A stretch of 64,000 nucleotides of DNA from Candidatus Latescibacterota bacterium. GTDB lineage: Bacteria > Latescibacterota > UBA2968 > GCA-2709665. Shown in pieces: positions 19,501-28,826 of the stretch. Location: contig OZ252100.1 of assembly GCA_965248435.1 (NCBI GenBank), forward strand, positions 864,001 to 928,000, written 5' to 3'. Each line of letters opens with the position of its first letter. The stretch's first letter is position 1. The notes under the pieces are model-generated. The model was not told the DNA's origin and did no database searches. It saw nothing but the letters and a program-made list of their open reading frames with translations. The position numbers were made by a program, and so were the translations under genes.

Positions 19501-22500
19501 CCCGGCGACACTCGCTTCATAGATGGCCTGGATCTGGATCGCTGTGAGCGCCTGGTGATAGAAAGACAGCTCATCGATCGAGCCCTGCCAGTGATTGCCC
19601 GCAGTGCTCTTTCCGATCAGTGCAACTTCAACCGGTGCCGACTGGGTAAACATCGCTTTTGATCCTACCTCTACGCCGTCTTTATACAACCGATGCGTGG
19701 TGCCATCGAAGGTCACCGCCACGTGGTGCAAGAGACCGTCGGCGATGAACCCTGCATTCACGTTATCTCCAGCCTGGGTCGTCATCAGATTCCCGTTCAG
19801 GACCCCCATGCTCGCAAGCGCACCACCGCTGTTCGCAATATTCCAAAGCTGGAGGACATAACGCTCGTTCACCACGTCCGTGGTCTGAACCCAGGCCTCC
19901 ATGGACCACGCGCCCGGGTAAGTCACAAGACCGGATGAAGGGATCGAGATGAAATCGTCCACTCCGTCAAGACTGAATGCCTGAGCGACCCGGCCGGACG
20001 TGAACGTCGCTCCATTCTGAAGCGTCCCATCACGGGTCCCGCCAGCGTCTTTGGAAGTGCCGTCACCTTTCCACCAGCTCACCAGTCCCGCCGACGGCTC
20101 TACACACGTGACTGCAGTAATCGTTACTTCATCCGGAAAGCTGTCGAACGTGCCGTCGTTCACGACCAACTGGACGACGTAGTCGCCGGGCTTGTCAGGA
20201 ATCAACGACGCCTGGCTGGTACCCGAATTGGACAGGGTAGCCAAACTGCCTGAAGGCTGAATAGGCAATGTCCAGTCGTAACCGACCACATTTTCGTTTG
20301 GATCAGGATGAAAGGAGGCCGATCCGTCCAACGGTACGCTCTTACCGACCAGCACTTCGCTGGGCACGGCCGCCACAACAGCCACCGGAAGTACACACTT
20401 CCCCGCGACACTGGCGTCATAGATGGCCTGGATCTGCGAAACTGTGAGCGCCTGGTGGTAGAAAGACAGCTCGTCGATCGAGCCCTGCCAGTGACTGCCC
20501 GCAGTGCCCTTTCCGATCAGTGCAACTTCAACCGGTGCCGACTGGGTAAACATCGCTTTTGATCCTACCTCTACGCCGTCTTTATACAACCGATGCGTGG
20601 TGCCATCGAAGGTCACCGCCACGTGGTGCAAGAAACCGTCGGCGATGAACCCTGCATTCACGTTATCTCCAGACTGGGTCGTCATCAGATTCCCGTTCAG
20701 GACCCCTATGCTCGCGAGCGCACCTCCGCTTTCCGCAGTATTCCAAAGCTGGAGGACATAACGCACGTTCACCACGTCCGTGGTCTGAACCCAGGCCTCT
20801 ATAGACCACGCGCCCGGGTAAGTCACAAGACCGGATGAAGGGATCGAGATGAAATCATCCACTCCGTCCAGGCTGAATGCCTGGCCGACCCGGCCGGACG
20901 TGAACGTCGCTCCATTCTGAAGCGTCCCATCACGGGTCCCGCCAGCGTCTTTGGAAGTGCCGTCACCTTTCCACCAGCTCACCAGTCCCGCCGACGGCTC
21001 TACACACGTGACTGCAGTAATCGTTACTTCATCCGGAAAGCTGTCGAACGTGCCGTCGTTCACGACCAACTGGACGACGTAGTCGCCGGGCTTGTCAGGA
21101 ATCAACGACGCCTGGCTGGTACCCGAATTGGATAAGGTCGCCAAACTGCCTGAAGGCTGGCTCCTTAATGTCCAGTCGTAATCGACCACATTTTTGTTTG
21201 GGTCAAGATGAAAGGAGGCCGATCCGTCCAGAGTCACGGTCTCGCCGATCAGCGCATCGCTGGGAACAGCCGCCGCAACGGCAACTGGATCATCGGAGCG
21301 GATCTCGAGGTCGTGCCAGTCAGATGCAAGCGTCACGTCAACGCTACCCAACTGCTGACCTGTACTCGTCCAGCGTCTCACGATCCCGGTGGGACTGTGA
21401 TACTGGAGAAAGTCTTCGTTTGCCCCGATCTCCAGGTCGTGCCAGTCAGATGCAAGCGTCACGTCCCCCAGCTGCTGACCTGCACTCGTCCAGCGTCTTA
21501 CGATCCCGGTGGGACTGTGATACATGACAAGGTCCCCGTTCGCCGCGATCTCCAGGTCGTGCCAGGACGACGGGAGCGTCACGCTACCCAACTGCTGACC
21601 TGTCCGCGTCCACCGTCTCACGATCCCGGTGGGACTGTGATACATGACAAGGTCCCCGTTCGCCGCGATCTCCAGGTCGTGCCAGGACGACGGGAGCGTC
21701 ACGCTACCCAACTGCTGACCTGTCCGCGTCCACCGTCTCACGATCCCGGTGGGACTGTGATACATGACAAGGTCCCCATTTATCGCGACCTCCAGATCGT
21801 GCCAGTCTGACGCAAGCTGTACGTTCTCTTCAAACTGGCCGGTGTTCGTCCATCGCCTCACGATTCCCGTGGGACTATGATACATGACGAATTTTTCGCT
21901 GGCAGGTGGCGCCGGGTGCGCGGTGATCGTCACCTCGTCGGGATCGCTGTCAGAAGTGCCGTCGTTTACGATCAGCCGGACGATATAGTCGCCAGGCACA
22001 TCTGGGACGAAAGATGGACTCACCGTGTTAGATCCCGTCAAGTTCGTCGAACTCGCGGGATCCTGGATGAATGACCAATCATAGGAAAGCGTGTTACTAT
22101 TGGGATCACCTGAGCCGCTACCATCCAGTTGGACGGTCAGCCCCTCGAGAACTGTCTGATCCGGACCGGCATCGGCATCGGGCGGATGAGCGATCAGGTT
22201 GTGAAACACGGACAGGCGGCTGGACGTACGATTCGTGGCGACGATTTCGGGACTGCCATCCCCATCCAGGTCCCCGATGGCCACATAGTCGGGACCCGTG
22301 GCGGCTGTCAAAAAGGCTGGCGCCGAGAAATTAAATGCCCCCATTGTGCTCTTGTTCTGCCAAACCAGGACCTGATTCGAGGGGCGGTTTCCCATGGCAA
22401 TGTCGAGGTCCCCGTCGCCATCCAGGTCGCCCAACGCGAGTCCAACGGGAAGGGACCCCCCTGAGAGGGGGACGTGTGGTTTGAAAGATCCGGGATTATC

Positions 22501-25500
22501 CTCGTCATTCATCAGAAGGGAAACCGATTGGGAAGCGGCGGCACCGCCCTGGTTCGAGGTCGCCAGATCGAGCAGGCCGTCTCCGTCCAGATCTCCGATG
22601 ACAACCATGAAGGTTACCAACCCTGTTGAAAACGGCGATGACGGAGATTGCTCGAAAGAGGCACCGGTGATTCTCCCGGTCATCTTTTTGTTCTGATAGA
22701 CGACCACATTGTGATCCTTGTCGTTTCCGACAGCGATATCGGGCCAGCCGTCATCATTCAGATCACCTATCGCTACGCCCCTTGGCCGAGGAGCAGCCGG
22801 CAGGGGAACCTGCGGCAAAAAAGAGACAGACTGGGGAACGCTCGTATTCTCCAGCACAGACACAAAGGCCGAACTGTTGTTCGTGGCGACGATGTCGAGA
22901 CGGCCGTCGCGGTTCAGGTCTCCCAGCGCCACCTGGACGGGAGTAATTCCAACGTCGAAGGTCCTTGGGTCCTCAAAAGTCATGCTGCCGTTCGAGCTAT
23001 TGTTCCTGAAGACCGACACCTTGCTGCTCCCGCCGGCATTGTTCGCCGTGACGATGTCGAGCATCCCGTCACCATCTACGTCTCCAGCTGCCATCCCATC
23101 AGGATTTATCCCTGCCGGGACGGCTGCCAATGGGATGAAAGAAGAAGCATCGATCGTGTGCGCGGTTTGATTCTGATAGATCGACAGTGGTGTAACGCCC
23201 TGGAGATTGCTGACGGCGATGTCGGGCTTTCCACGACCGTCGAAGTCCGCGATGACCACCCCCTGAGGCAGGGTCCCGGTTGAAAAATCCACTCTTGCAG
23301 CAAATGAGGAGGTCGTGATCGCCGCTGGGGGGCCTAGGCTCGGGAAGGTAGGGATGAAGAACTGGTCAGAGATGGCCGTACGGCCGCCAACGTTCACGCT
23401 GACCGGGCCGAAGGTGGCGCCTGACGGCACATCGACCGTCAGTGACGTCGGCGAAGCGGCGGTCACTGTCGCCTCTGTCGCTCCGAAATAGACGGTGTTG
23501 TTATCAGGATCGGGGTCGAAGTGAGCTCCGTCTATCGTGATGGGAGCGCCCACGACACCTGAGCTGGGACTAATACCCGAGATCGTCGGAACTGCAACCA
23601 CAGTGATCCTGACCTCGTCCGGATCGCTGTCCACGATATTGTTGTTCACGACCAGTTGTATTACATAGTCTCCCTGTACATCTGGCATGAAGGAGGGATT
23701 CACTGACAATGGCCCTGATAGGAAAGCGAAGCTCCCGGCGGGTTGATCAACGACCGTCCAGCTGTAAGTGACAGCGTTAGTGGACCCGCTCCCGTCGAGT
23801 TGAACGGTCTGCCCAAGGAGCGTCTCCTGATCGGGGCCTGCGTCTGCAACGGGAAGGTCGGCCACGTTCTCAAACAGCGACAAGCTCTGAGAACCCACTG
23901 AAACAGAGGCTATATCAGGCTTGTCGTCGCCGTTTAGATCAACAATCGCGATTCCACGGTTTCCTTGGTTGACACTCGCAAAATCGACCCTCCCCGCGCT
24001 AAAGTCACCAGTCCCTAGGTTCTTATAGACCGAGACAACGGGAATTGAATTATTAGCCACCGCCAGGTCAGGACTTCCGTCACCATCCAGATCGCCAATA
24101 GCAACCTCGAATGAACCTGCGATCCCGGTGAAATCCTGTCTTTGGAACGAGACTGAATTGACGCTGCTGGTATTCCGCATGATCGAAAGAATGTTCGTGG
24201 TGCGGCTGGGAATCACCAGGTCGACCGCATCGTCGCCGTCCAGATCAGCCGCAGCTATGGTCCAGGACTGGCCGGGCGAATCGAAATCGTGACGGGTGAA
24301 TGCTGCGTTGTCGAGCGTTTGGGAACCGATATTGCGAAACACAGAAAACAGATTGAAGCTGTCGTATGACACAGCTAGATCGGGCAGCTCGTCTCCATCG
24401 AGATCTGCAGCAATCAGAGCTGTCGGCATATCTCCGGTCGAGAACTGAGCTGCCTCTGTGAACGAGGTGGCATCGATAACCCCAACAGAGCCCGTATTTC
24501 TGAATAACGTCAGCCTGTCGGATTGGTAGCTGACAACTGCAAAATCTGTCCGACCATCGTCATCAAAATCTGCAATCGCTACATCCTGAGAACCTGAAGG
24601 AGTTGGAAAATTGACGGCCGCCGCGAAGTCGATCGTGCTACTCACGCTGACATTTTGATAGACCGAGATTCCAGAACCATTGTGAACACCAAGCATGTCC
24701 AGACGCCCGTCCCCGTCCATATCGCCGACTTCAAGCTTCTGTATGGTAATGGGCGACGGGAACGTGACTGCCGCATCAAACGAATTTGTGCCAAGCGTAC
24801 CCCCCGATCCCGTATTGCGGTAAACGAGGATTTGTCCGGGCACGGGGACGGCCAGGTCTGGATGGCCGTCACCATCGAAATCTCCCGTGGCCAGGTACTG
24901 CCACGCGGATCCACCAGGGAAATCTACCCGTGGCGCCAAGGTTGAACTGTTAATGATCTGTGCAATGCCAGGGAAGGTCGGGAGGAAGTGCTCAGTGGAG
25001 AACGCGGTAAGACTATTTACCAGGACGGTTACACGTGCATGTGTTGCGCCGGCGGGCACTTCCACCGTGAGCGAGGTTGTCGATGCGGAAGTAACTGTCG
25101 CTTTTGTGGCGCCAAAGTAGACCGTGTTGTTGGCGGCGATCGGGTCAAAGTTCACTCCGTCGATGGTCACGGATGCTCCGACGGTGGCAGATGTGGGATT
25201 GAAGGAAGTAATAGCGGGGACAGGAACAGGCGTGAAGTCATATATGTACGCCGAACCGGATCTGGAACCGCTTCCAATGTTTGAAGGTGACCCAACGATG
25301 GCGATATTCCCGCCGATCGATACCGAAGATCCGAAGTTGTCGTGTGATGCGACATCGCTGGCTGTCAGTTTCGCCTGCTCGTCCCAATTTCCACCGACAA
25401 GACGAAACACATATGCCGAACCTGACCTGAGGCCTTTGTCATCGTCGAAATGGGCTCCAACAATGGCTACGTCCCCGTCCACCGCCACGGAAATTCCGAA

Positions 25501-26442
25501 ATTGTCACCTGCCGATCCATCGTTAGCTGTCAGCTTGGTCTCTTCGTTCCAACTTCCGCCGATGTGACGAAACACGTACGCGGAACCTGAGGTCGTACCC
25601 TTATCGTCGTCGGATTGAGACCCGACGATCACTACATCCCCGCTGATTGACGCAGAATTTCCGAAAGAATCACCTGCCGATCCATCATTAGCGGTTAGCT
25701 TCTGCTCTTCCACCCAGCTTCCTGCGACGTGACGAAACACATATGCCGAACCTGAGTTCGTACCGGTATCGTCGTCGAAAGGAGACCCAACAATGACTAC
25801 ATCCCCAGTCATCGACACAGAACGTCCGAACTCGTCGCCTGCCTCACTGTCACCAGCAAGGAGCTTGGCCTCTTCCACCCAACTTCCTCCGACAAGTCGA
25901 AACACATATGCCGATCCTGAGCGCGAGCCATTATCGTCGTTTTCTGGAGCCCCAACGACGGCCACATCCTCGCTGATCAACACGGAATGTCCGAAGATGT
26001 CACTCGCATCCCCGTCACTGGCGAGAAGTTTGGCCTCTTCCACCCAACTTCCTCCGACAAGTCGAAACACATACGCCGAACCCGAGTTCGTACCGCCGTC
26101 GTCGTCGAGAGGGGCCCCAACAATGGCTACACCGTCGCTGATTGACACGGAATGTCCAAAGTTTGCTGTCGATCCAATACTCGCAAGAATCTTGGCCTCT
26201 TCCACCCAACTCCCCCCGACGAGTCGAAACACATATGCCGAACCCGAGTTCGTACCGTTGTCATCGTCAAGACGAGCCCCAACAATGGCCACGTCGTCAC
26301 TGATCGACACGGAAATTCCGAAGATGTCATTTAGATCCCCGTCGCTCGGGACAAGTTTGAACTCGTCAGGAGGCGTTTGAGCCAGACTGGCTTGTGCGAA
26401 GGCGAGCAGAATGACCGCGGCGAAAATCGCTGAGCGTTTCAT
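13573..26442 (-). CDS. Giant (4289 aa) secreted multidomain adhesin-like protein
   Basis: RBS GGAGG then MKRSAIFAAVILLAFAQASLA signal peptide. Domains: FG-GAP propellers, two IPT/TIG, PKD-like units, 5x40-aa repeat, three LamG, nine cadherin-like VNDAP repeats, PKD, a helical FIMAH-like segment and an LGQNYPNPFNP FlgD-Ig tail. Confidence 0.92.
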   Translation of the reverse strand: MKRSAIFAAVILLAFAQASLAQTPPDEFKLVPSDGDLNDIFGISVSISDDVAIVGARLDDDNGTNSGSAYVFRLVGGSWVEEAKILASIGSTANFGHSVSISDGVAIVGAPLDDDGGTNSGSAYVFRLVGGSWVEEAKLLASDGDASDIFGHSVLISEDVAVVGAPENDDNGSRSGSAYVFRLVGGSWVEEAKLLAGDSEAGDEFGRSVSMTGDVVIVGSPFDDDTGTNSGSAYVFRHVAGSWVEEQKLTANDGSAGDSFGNSASISGDVVIVGSQSDDDKGTTSGSAYVFRHIGGSWNEETKLTANDGSAGDNFGISVAVDGDVAIVGAHFDDDKGLRSGSAYVFRLVGGNWDEQAKLTASDVASHDNFGSSVSIGGNIAIVGSPSNIGSGSRSGSAYIYDFTPVPVPAITSFNPTSATVGASVTIDGVNFDPIAANNTVYFGATKATVTSASTTSLTVEVPAGATHARVTVLVNSLTAFSTEHFLPTFPGIAQIINSSTLAPRVDFPGGSAWQYLATGDFDGDGHPDLAVPVPGQILVYRNTGSGGTLGTNSFDAAVTFPSPITIQKLEVGDMDGDGRLDMLGVHNGSGISVYQNVSVSSTIDFAAAVNFPTPSGSQDVAIADFDDDGRTDFAVVSYQSDRLTLFRNTGSVGVIDATSFTEAAQFSTGDMPTALIAADLDGDELPDLAVSYDSFNLFSVFRNIGSQTLDNAAFTRHDFDSPGQSWTIAAADLDGDDAVDLVIPSRTTNILSIMRNTSSVNSVSFQRQDFTGIAGSFEVAIGDLDGDGSPDLAVANNSIPVVSVYKNLGTGDFSAGRVDFASVNQGNRGIAIVDLNGDDKPDIASVSVGSQSLSLFENVADLPVADAGPDQETLLGQTVQLDGSGSTNAVTYSWTVVDQPAGSFAFLSGPLSVNPSFMPDVQGDYVIQLVVNNNIVDSDPDEVRITVVAVPTISGISPSSGVVGAPITIDGAHFDPDPDNNTVYFGATEATVTAASPTSLTVDVPSGATFGPVSVNVGGRTAISDQFFIPTFPSLGPPAAITTSSFAARVDFSTGTLPQGVVIADFDGRGKPDIAVSNLQGVTPLSIYQNQTAHTIDASSFIPLAAVPAGINPDGMAAGDVDGDGMLDIVTANNAGGSSKVSVFRNNSSNGSMTFEDPRTFDVGITPVQVALGDLNRDGRLDIVATNNSSAFVSVLENTSVPQSVSFLPQVPLPAAPRPRGVAIGDLNDDGWPDIAVGNDKDHNVVVYQNKKMTGRITGASFEQSPSSPFSTGLVTFMVVIGDLDGDGLLDLATSNQGGAAASQSVSLLMNDEDNPGSFKPHVPLSGGSLPVGLALGDLDGDGDLDIAMGNRPSNQVLVWQNKSTMGAFNFSAPAFLTAATGPDYVAIGDLDGDGSPEIVATNRTSSRLSVFHNLIAHPPDADAGPDQTVLEGLTVQLDGSGSGDPNSNTLSYDWSFIQDPASSTNLTGSNTVSPSFVPDVPGDYIVRLIVNDGTSDSDPDEVTITAHPAPPASEKFVMYHSPTGIVRRWTNTGQFEENVQLASDWHDLEVAINGDLVMYHSPTGIVRRWTRTGQQLGSVTLPSSWHDLEIAANGDLVMYHSPTGIVRRWTRTGQQLGSVTLPSSWHDLEIAANGDLVMYHSPTGIVRRWTSAGQQLGDVTLASDWHDLEIGANEDFLQYHSPTGIVRRWTSTGQQLGSVDVTLASDWHDLEIRSDDPVAVAAAVPSDALIGETVTLDGSASFHLDPNKNVVDYDWTLRSQPSGSLATLSNSGTSQASLIPDKPGDYVVQLVVNDGTFDSFPDEVTITAVTCVEPSAGLVSWWKGDGTSKDAGGTRDGTLQNGATFTSGRVGQAFSLDGVDDFISIPSSGLVTYPGAWSIEAWVQTTDVVNVRYVLQLWNTAESGGALASIGVLNGNLMTTQSGDNVNAGFIADGFLHHVAVTFDGTTHRLYKDGVEVGSKAMFTQSAPVEVALIGKGTAGSHWQGSIDELSFYHQALTVSQIQAIYDASVAGKCVLPVAVVAAVPSEVLVGKSVPLDGSASFHPDPNENVVGYDWTLPIQPSGSLATLSNSGTSQASLIPDKPGDYVVQLVVNDGTFDSFPDEVTITAVTCVEPSAGLVSWWKGDGTSKDAGGTRDGTLQNGATFTSGRVAQAFSLDGVDDFISIPSSGLVTYPGAWSMEAWVQTTDVVNERYVLQLWNIANSGGALASMGVLNGNLMTTQAGDNVNAGFIADGLLHHVAVTFDGTTHRLYKDGVEVGSKAMFTQSAPVEVALIGKSTAGNHWQGSIDELSFYHQALTAIQIQAIYEASVAGKCAPILTADARVLAFGDEFDTVASSAFGNESGTWSVLTSGKYRAEIPDNAPVARSSLPFELDDFAVEFDFNPLNGGGGLLLRGVEAPGNIGVSGVDFAGARDASGSGRLFWHIIQNDSFGPALAEVSGLFTPGDNIHIRVTVDGDTYSAYLNGSTTPATTLTTSTFNSGRFYLLDNDALMAFDNVELFTSSREVVVGDEVQLDGGGSVDPNGDGLAYQWNIVSQPSSVTLLNDTAEAPTFIPDLPGEYVVELVVSDATSSSDPDQVTVTATECVLPQPTVVSWWTGEDDGSGAAQDLAGGNTGSPQNGVEFVPGHVGGAMRFDGVDDRVVVSDSPNLNVAGPFSIEAWFKAAKTDPNPSAYTIVDKSHGFGSAPTGWALTVTGTRVSFAFGDGSSILSPATDLSINVVDNRWHHVVGVFTGSSVEVYLDGVPSAIPAAATQHATNGGDLYIGAFWGGGTPARHFLGEIDEVTYYGGALSSPQISDIYNAGVAGKCPNAVPVAVADSDAGSDPTIPLGQTILLDGSGSFDPDNDPLTFSWTITQRPPGSTASPVVQTADKTNFTSDVAGVYVAKLIVNDGTSDSVPDEITITVIPVNDAPSFTLGGDQNVLEDAGDQTVGAFATDISSGPPDEAGQTLTFDVTNDNNSLFAVQPAIDPATGDLSYTPAGDASGSAIVTVVLRDDGGTDNGGVDTSPSQTFTITVAPVNDAPSFAGTSDQTVLEDAGAQTAAGFATSISAGPADEVTQTLTFDVTNDDNTLFAIQPAIDSASGDLTYTPADDANGGATVTVVLTDNGGTANGGVDTSPSVTFTITLTPVNDAPTLTLAGDQTEFEDAGAQSVAGFATTSAGPANESEQTLTMLVTNDNNALFAVQPAIDLTTGALTYTPADDGNGIATVTVALSDDGGTANGGVDAAPQQTFTITVTSVNDAPSFAGGSDQTVLEDAVAQTVAVFFTNITAGPSDEAGQTLTFDVTNDDNTLFAVQPAINPATGELTYTPADDANGGATVTVVLRDDGGTANGGVDASPPVTFDLTITPVNDAPTLALAGDQAVLEDAGPQSVAVFATTSAGPTNESGQTLTLVVTNDDNSLFAVQPAIDLATGDLTYDAAPDANGIATVTVALSDDGGTANGGVDAAPQQTFTITLTPVNDAPSFAGGPDQSVLEDAVAQSVAGFATSISAGPSDEAGQTLTFDVTNDDNSLFATQPAINAATGDLTYTPADDAYGTTTVTVVLRDDVGTANGGVDASPSVTFDLTITPVNDAPTLTLAGDQTVLEDAGPQSVASFATTSAGPANESGQTLTLLVTNDDNSLFAVQPAIDLATGDLTYDAAPDANGSTTVTVALSDDGGTANGGVDTAPQQTFTITVTPVNDAPSFAAGGDQTALEDAGAQTVAGFATSITAGPPDEAAQTLTFDVTNDDNSLFIVQPAIDPATGDLTYTPADDGNGGATVTIELRDDGGTADGGVDQSPAQTFTITVDPVNDAPSFAAGGDQTVLEDAGPQSVAGFAANLSAGPPDESGQTLSFEITHDNNLLFALGPDIDASGTLTYTPADNANGSATVNVELRDDGGSANGGIDLSAPQVFTITVESVNDLPVAVLVVPAAISEGAAATFVASGTTDIDGTIVLYTWDFGDGTAAVLTTVPTVTHTFEDNGTPVVSLTVKDNEDGEDQVTKQVTVDNAPPAVSIDPILDLILVGVPFDFSGTFDDPGVLDTHTGLWNFGDGITDAGTIIEAGGSGIAQAVHTYADPGTFTLTLTVSDEDDSGSESVAVEVLSPAAAGTELMTQVDELSAPEGTKNSLNSKLDGAFKSLDKGKPETAINQMNAFINSVNAQSGKKISVEEADALIALAQTIVASIEAENPPASKPVAAKRALTGYASGHSETYEFGLGQNYPNPFNPITAIRYSLAEASSVRLTIYNLLGQEVRVLVNETQNPGEYFLPWDGTDEAGRQVSSGIFIYQLRSEAKVATGKMILLK
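14730..17720 (-). repeat. Nine ~110-aa cadherin/Ig-like coding repeats
   Basis: Nine VNDAP(S/T)... units. The central units alternate SF- and TL-types with a ~660-bp higher-order period. Confidence 0.85.
19493..21290 (-). repeat. 900-bp tandem coding duplication (PKD-like + LamG)
   Basis: Lines offset by exactly 900 nt are near-identical; for example 20041-20220 equals 20941-21120. Confidence 0.95.
21303..21890 (-). repeat. Five 120-bp tandem coding repeats (40 aa)
   Basis: MYHSPTGIVRRWTxxGQQLGSVTLxSxWHDLEIAANGDLV five times; 21541-21660 is nearly identical to 21661-21780. Confidence 0.95.
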
Positions 26443-26767
26443 CTTATCCCTCCAAAGGAGCCAATGCAGTGCCTGCTTCAGCGTGTTAATTAGATAATGG
26501 GATCGAAATTTCTTTTGTGAGAGTGTTTTACGGGATCGCAACTAGCATTGCGGACCAAACAAACAAAAGGCCCAACACTGCGTACAGTATCCGTGAACCG
26601 GATAGCAGGCAGTCCGTTGAGCCCGACATCAACGGAGACAAATCCAGTGCCGCTTTGTTACGCGACGATCCCACCCGACAGAGATGCTCCGTATTATCAA
26701 CTCCATATTTTGCTATTAGCCACTATTGGGCTTGTCAAGCACCGAGCGAACCCGTCACGCTGAGTCC

Positions 26768-27127
26768 TCATCTATTCAGCCTGCTCTTTCTAAGACATTC
26801 AAGAAGTTGATTCTGGTCGATCGGCTTCTCAAGGAGATCTGCCCTCCCACCGCGCTCCGCCTCTATGGCCAGATCGTCACTCGCATAGGCAGTGGTCATC
26901 ACGAAAGGCAGATCGGTATTTGTAACGCGGACTTTCTTGAGAAGGGATATCCCATCCAGGCCGGGCATCCGAACGTCGCAGATCACGACGTCAGGCTTCT
27001 GCCGGTTGATGCTTTCGAGGGCCTCGATGCCGTCGCCTGCCGTTTCCGTCTCGTATCCCCGCGCACGTAGATATCTTTCGGTGGCCAAACAGAACGCCGG
27101 ATCGTCATCGACAATCAGAATGCGCAT
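26768..27127 (-). CDS. Single-domain response regulator
   Basis: MRILIVDDD, DVVICDVRMPGLDG, MTTAY and LEKP motifs. Confidence 0.9.
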   Translation of the reverse strand: MRILIVDDDPAFCLATERYLRARGYETETAGDGIEALESINRQKPDVVICDVRMPGLDGISLLKKVRVTNTDLPFVMTTAYASDDLAIEAERGGRADLLEKPIDQNQLLECLRKSRLNR

Positions 27128-27192
27128 CAGAAAGCTGCCGTCCTCGACACGGTCTCGCTTGATATGGAAGTCAGTTGGGCGCACAAACCGAA

Positions 27193-27208
27193 TGCAACCG
27201 GCGTGCCG
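27193..27208 (-). promoter_or_regulatory. sigma54 (-24/-12) promoter
   Basis: Minus strand CGGCAC-GCCGG-TTGCA matches YGGCAC-N5-TTGCW, about 65 nt upstream of the receiver gene. Confidence 0.75.
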
Positions 27209-27286
27209 CAAGAGGCAGAGCGGAGATAAGGCTGTGAATCGGAAGGGTGTTAAACCAAAAGCGGGATCAGGAGCGCCAATCACTAA

Positions 27287-27336
27287 CGCGCGGAATCGCT
27301 CGAGATGCGGGAAAGGCAGCGCGCGGAATCGCTCGA
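27287..27336. promoter_or_regulatory. Candidate enhancer (UAS): 17-bp direct repeat
   Basis: CGCGCGGAATCGCTCGA at 27287-27303 and 27320-27336 (33-bp period), about 80-130 nt upstream of the sigma54 site. Confidence 0.6.
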
Positions 27337-27379
27337 ACGGGCGAATTCGCACCGAGCGGGATGACTGGCAGGTGCGGGT

Positions 27380-28810
27380 TTAGGAGGGAAATTCCAGGCT
27401 GTGTGCCTTCATCCTGCGACGAAGCGCGTGGCGGGAAATGCCGAGGATTTGCGAGGCCTGTTCGCGGTTGCCGTCCGTGAGGCGGAGGGCTTTCTGGATT
27501 GTGTCTCGTTCGAGACTGTTGAGATTCATATCGCTGCTGTCGGAAGACTGGATGGCCGAATTCCCGGGTGGATCTTCCGCGTGAATATCAACATCCGTTG
27601 TTCCGCTCCCAAACCGCAGATCGGAAACGCAGATCTTTTCCGTCTCGCAGAGAATGACCGCGCGTTCCACGAGGTTGCGCAGCTCGCGAATATTTCCTGG
27701 AAAGGGGTGCGATCTTAGCAGCGATGCTGCTTCCGAATCGAAGCTGGTCAGGTTCTTTCGGAGCCTGTGGCTGTAGAGGGGCAGGAAGTAATCTGCCACA
27801 GGAAGGATGTCATCCGGCCGATCGCGCAGCGGCGGGATGTGGATGCTGAACGTGTTCAGCCGGTAGACGAGGTCTTCTCTGAAGCGCCCTTCTGTCACGA
27901 GCGAACTCAGGTCGTGATGCGTCGCAGATACGACACGGACGTCCACAGGAAGCTCACTGTCCCCGCCCAGACGTCGGATCCGTCGCGACTCCAGCGTGCG
28001 CAGCAGCTTGACCTGCATCTCGAGAGGCATGTCTCCGATCTCGTCGAGGAAGAGCGTGCCGCCGTCGGCCCGTTCAAAATGACCCTTCCGAGCTCCCTTC
28101 GCATCTGTGTAGGCGCCTTTCTCGTGTCCGTAGAACTCGGCTTCGATGAGGTTGCCGGGTATCGCGGAACAGTCGACGGCGACGAAAGGACCTTCCGAGC
28201 GCCGGCTTTCGACGTGAACGGCGTGAGCGACAAGCTCCTTCCCGGTCCCAGTCTCGCCCGTGATGAGGACGGTCGTATCGTCCGTCTCCGCGATCCGGGT
28301 GATTTGACGCTTCACTTCCCGGATCGCATCGCTCTCTCCTACAATCGCGTGGAGTCCGTAGCGTGCCCTGGCTTCCGAATCGACCTGGGAAAGCCGCTCC
28401 CTGAATCGCTCGTTCTGTCGCTGCAGCTGTTGGACCCTGGCGGTCCGGCTGATGGCCGCATCCAGTTCCTCCACTTTGACCGGCTTCCTGAGGAAGTCGG
28501 ACGCGCCGTCCTTGATCGCGGTCACCGCGCTCTCGATGTCGCCGTAAGCTGTGATCACGATGACCTCAGTGGCGTGCGATCTCTGCTTGACTTCGGCGAG
28601 AACCTCAAGACCGGACATCCCCGGCATCTTGAGATCGGTGATGACCAGATCGACGACCTGGCCGTCCAGGGCCTGCAGCGCCTCTTCGCCGCGGGAGGCG
28701 AGGAGCACGTTGTGTTTGCGCGCTCGGAGGTAGTTGCTCACCGTTCTGCGCACACCCTCGTCATCATCAACGACGAGGATACTCAAGCAAGTTTTGGTGT
28801 CTTCGGACAT
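27380..28810 (-). CDS. sigma54-dependent response regulator (NtrC/AtoC family)
   Basis: REC domain, [36 protein letters not shown] and a Fis-type HTH. Confidence 0.95.
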   Translation of the reverse strand: MSEDTKTCLSILVVDDDEGVRRTVSNYLRARKHNVLLASRGEEALQALDGQVVDLVITDLKMPGMSGLEVLAEVKQRSHATEVIVITAYGDIESAVTAIKDGASDFLRKPVKVEELDAAISRTARVQQLQRQNERFRERLSQVDSEARARYGLHAIVGESDAIREVKRQITRIAETDDTTVLITGETGTGKELVAHAVHVESRRSEGPFVAVDCSAIPGNLIEAEFYGHEKGAYTDAKGARKGHFERADGGTLFLDEIGDMPLEMQVKLLRTLESRRIRRLGGDSELPVDVRVVSATHHDLSSLVTEGRFREDLVYRLNTFSIHIPPLRDRPDDILPVADYFLPLYSHRLRKNLTSFDSEAASLLRSHPFPGNIRELRNLVERAVILCETEKICVSDLRFGSGTTDVDIHAEDPPGNSAIQSSDSSDMNLNSLERDTIQKALRLTDGNREQASQILGISRHALRRRMKAHSLEFPS

Positions 28811-28826
28811 GGTTTGGCTCGACCGA

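Noticed and set aside
19493-21290. DGR template/variable repeat pair
   Set aside because: Both copies lie in one reading frame, the mismatches are not adenine-specific, and there is no reverse transcriptase in the window.
21303-21890. Possible CRISPR array
   Set aside because: The units are contiguous in-frame 120-bp coding repeats with no unique spacers, and there are no cas genes.
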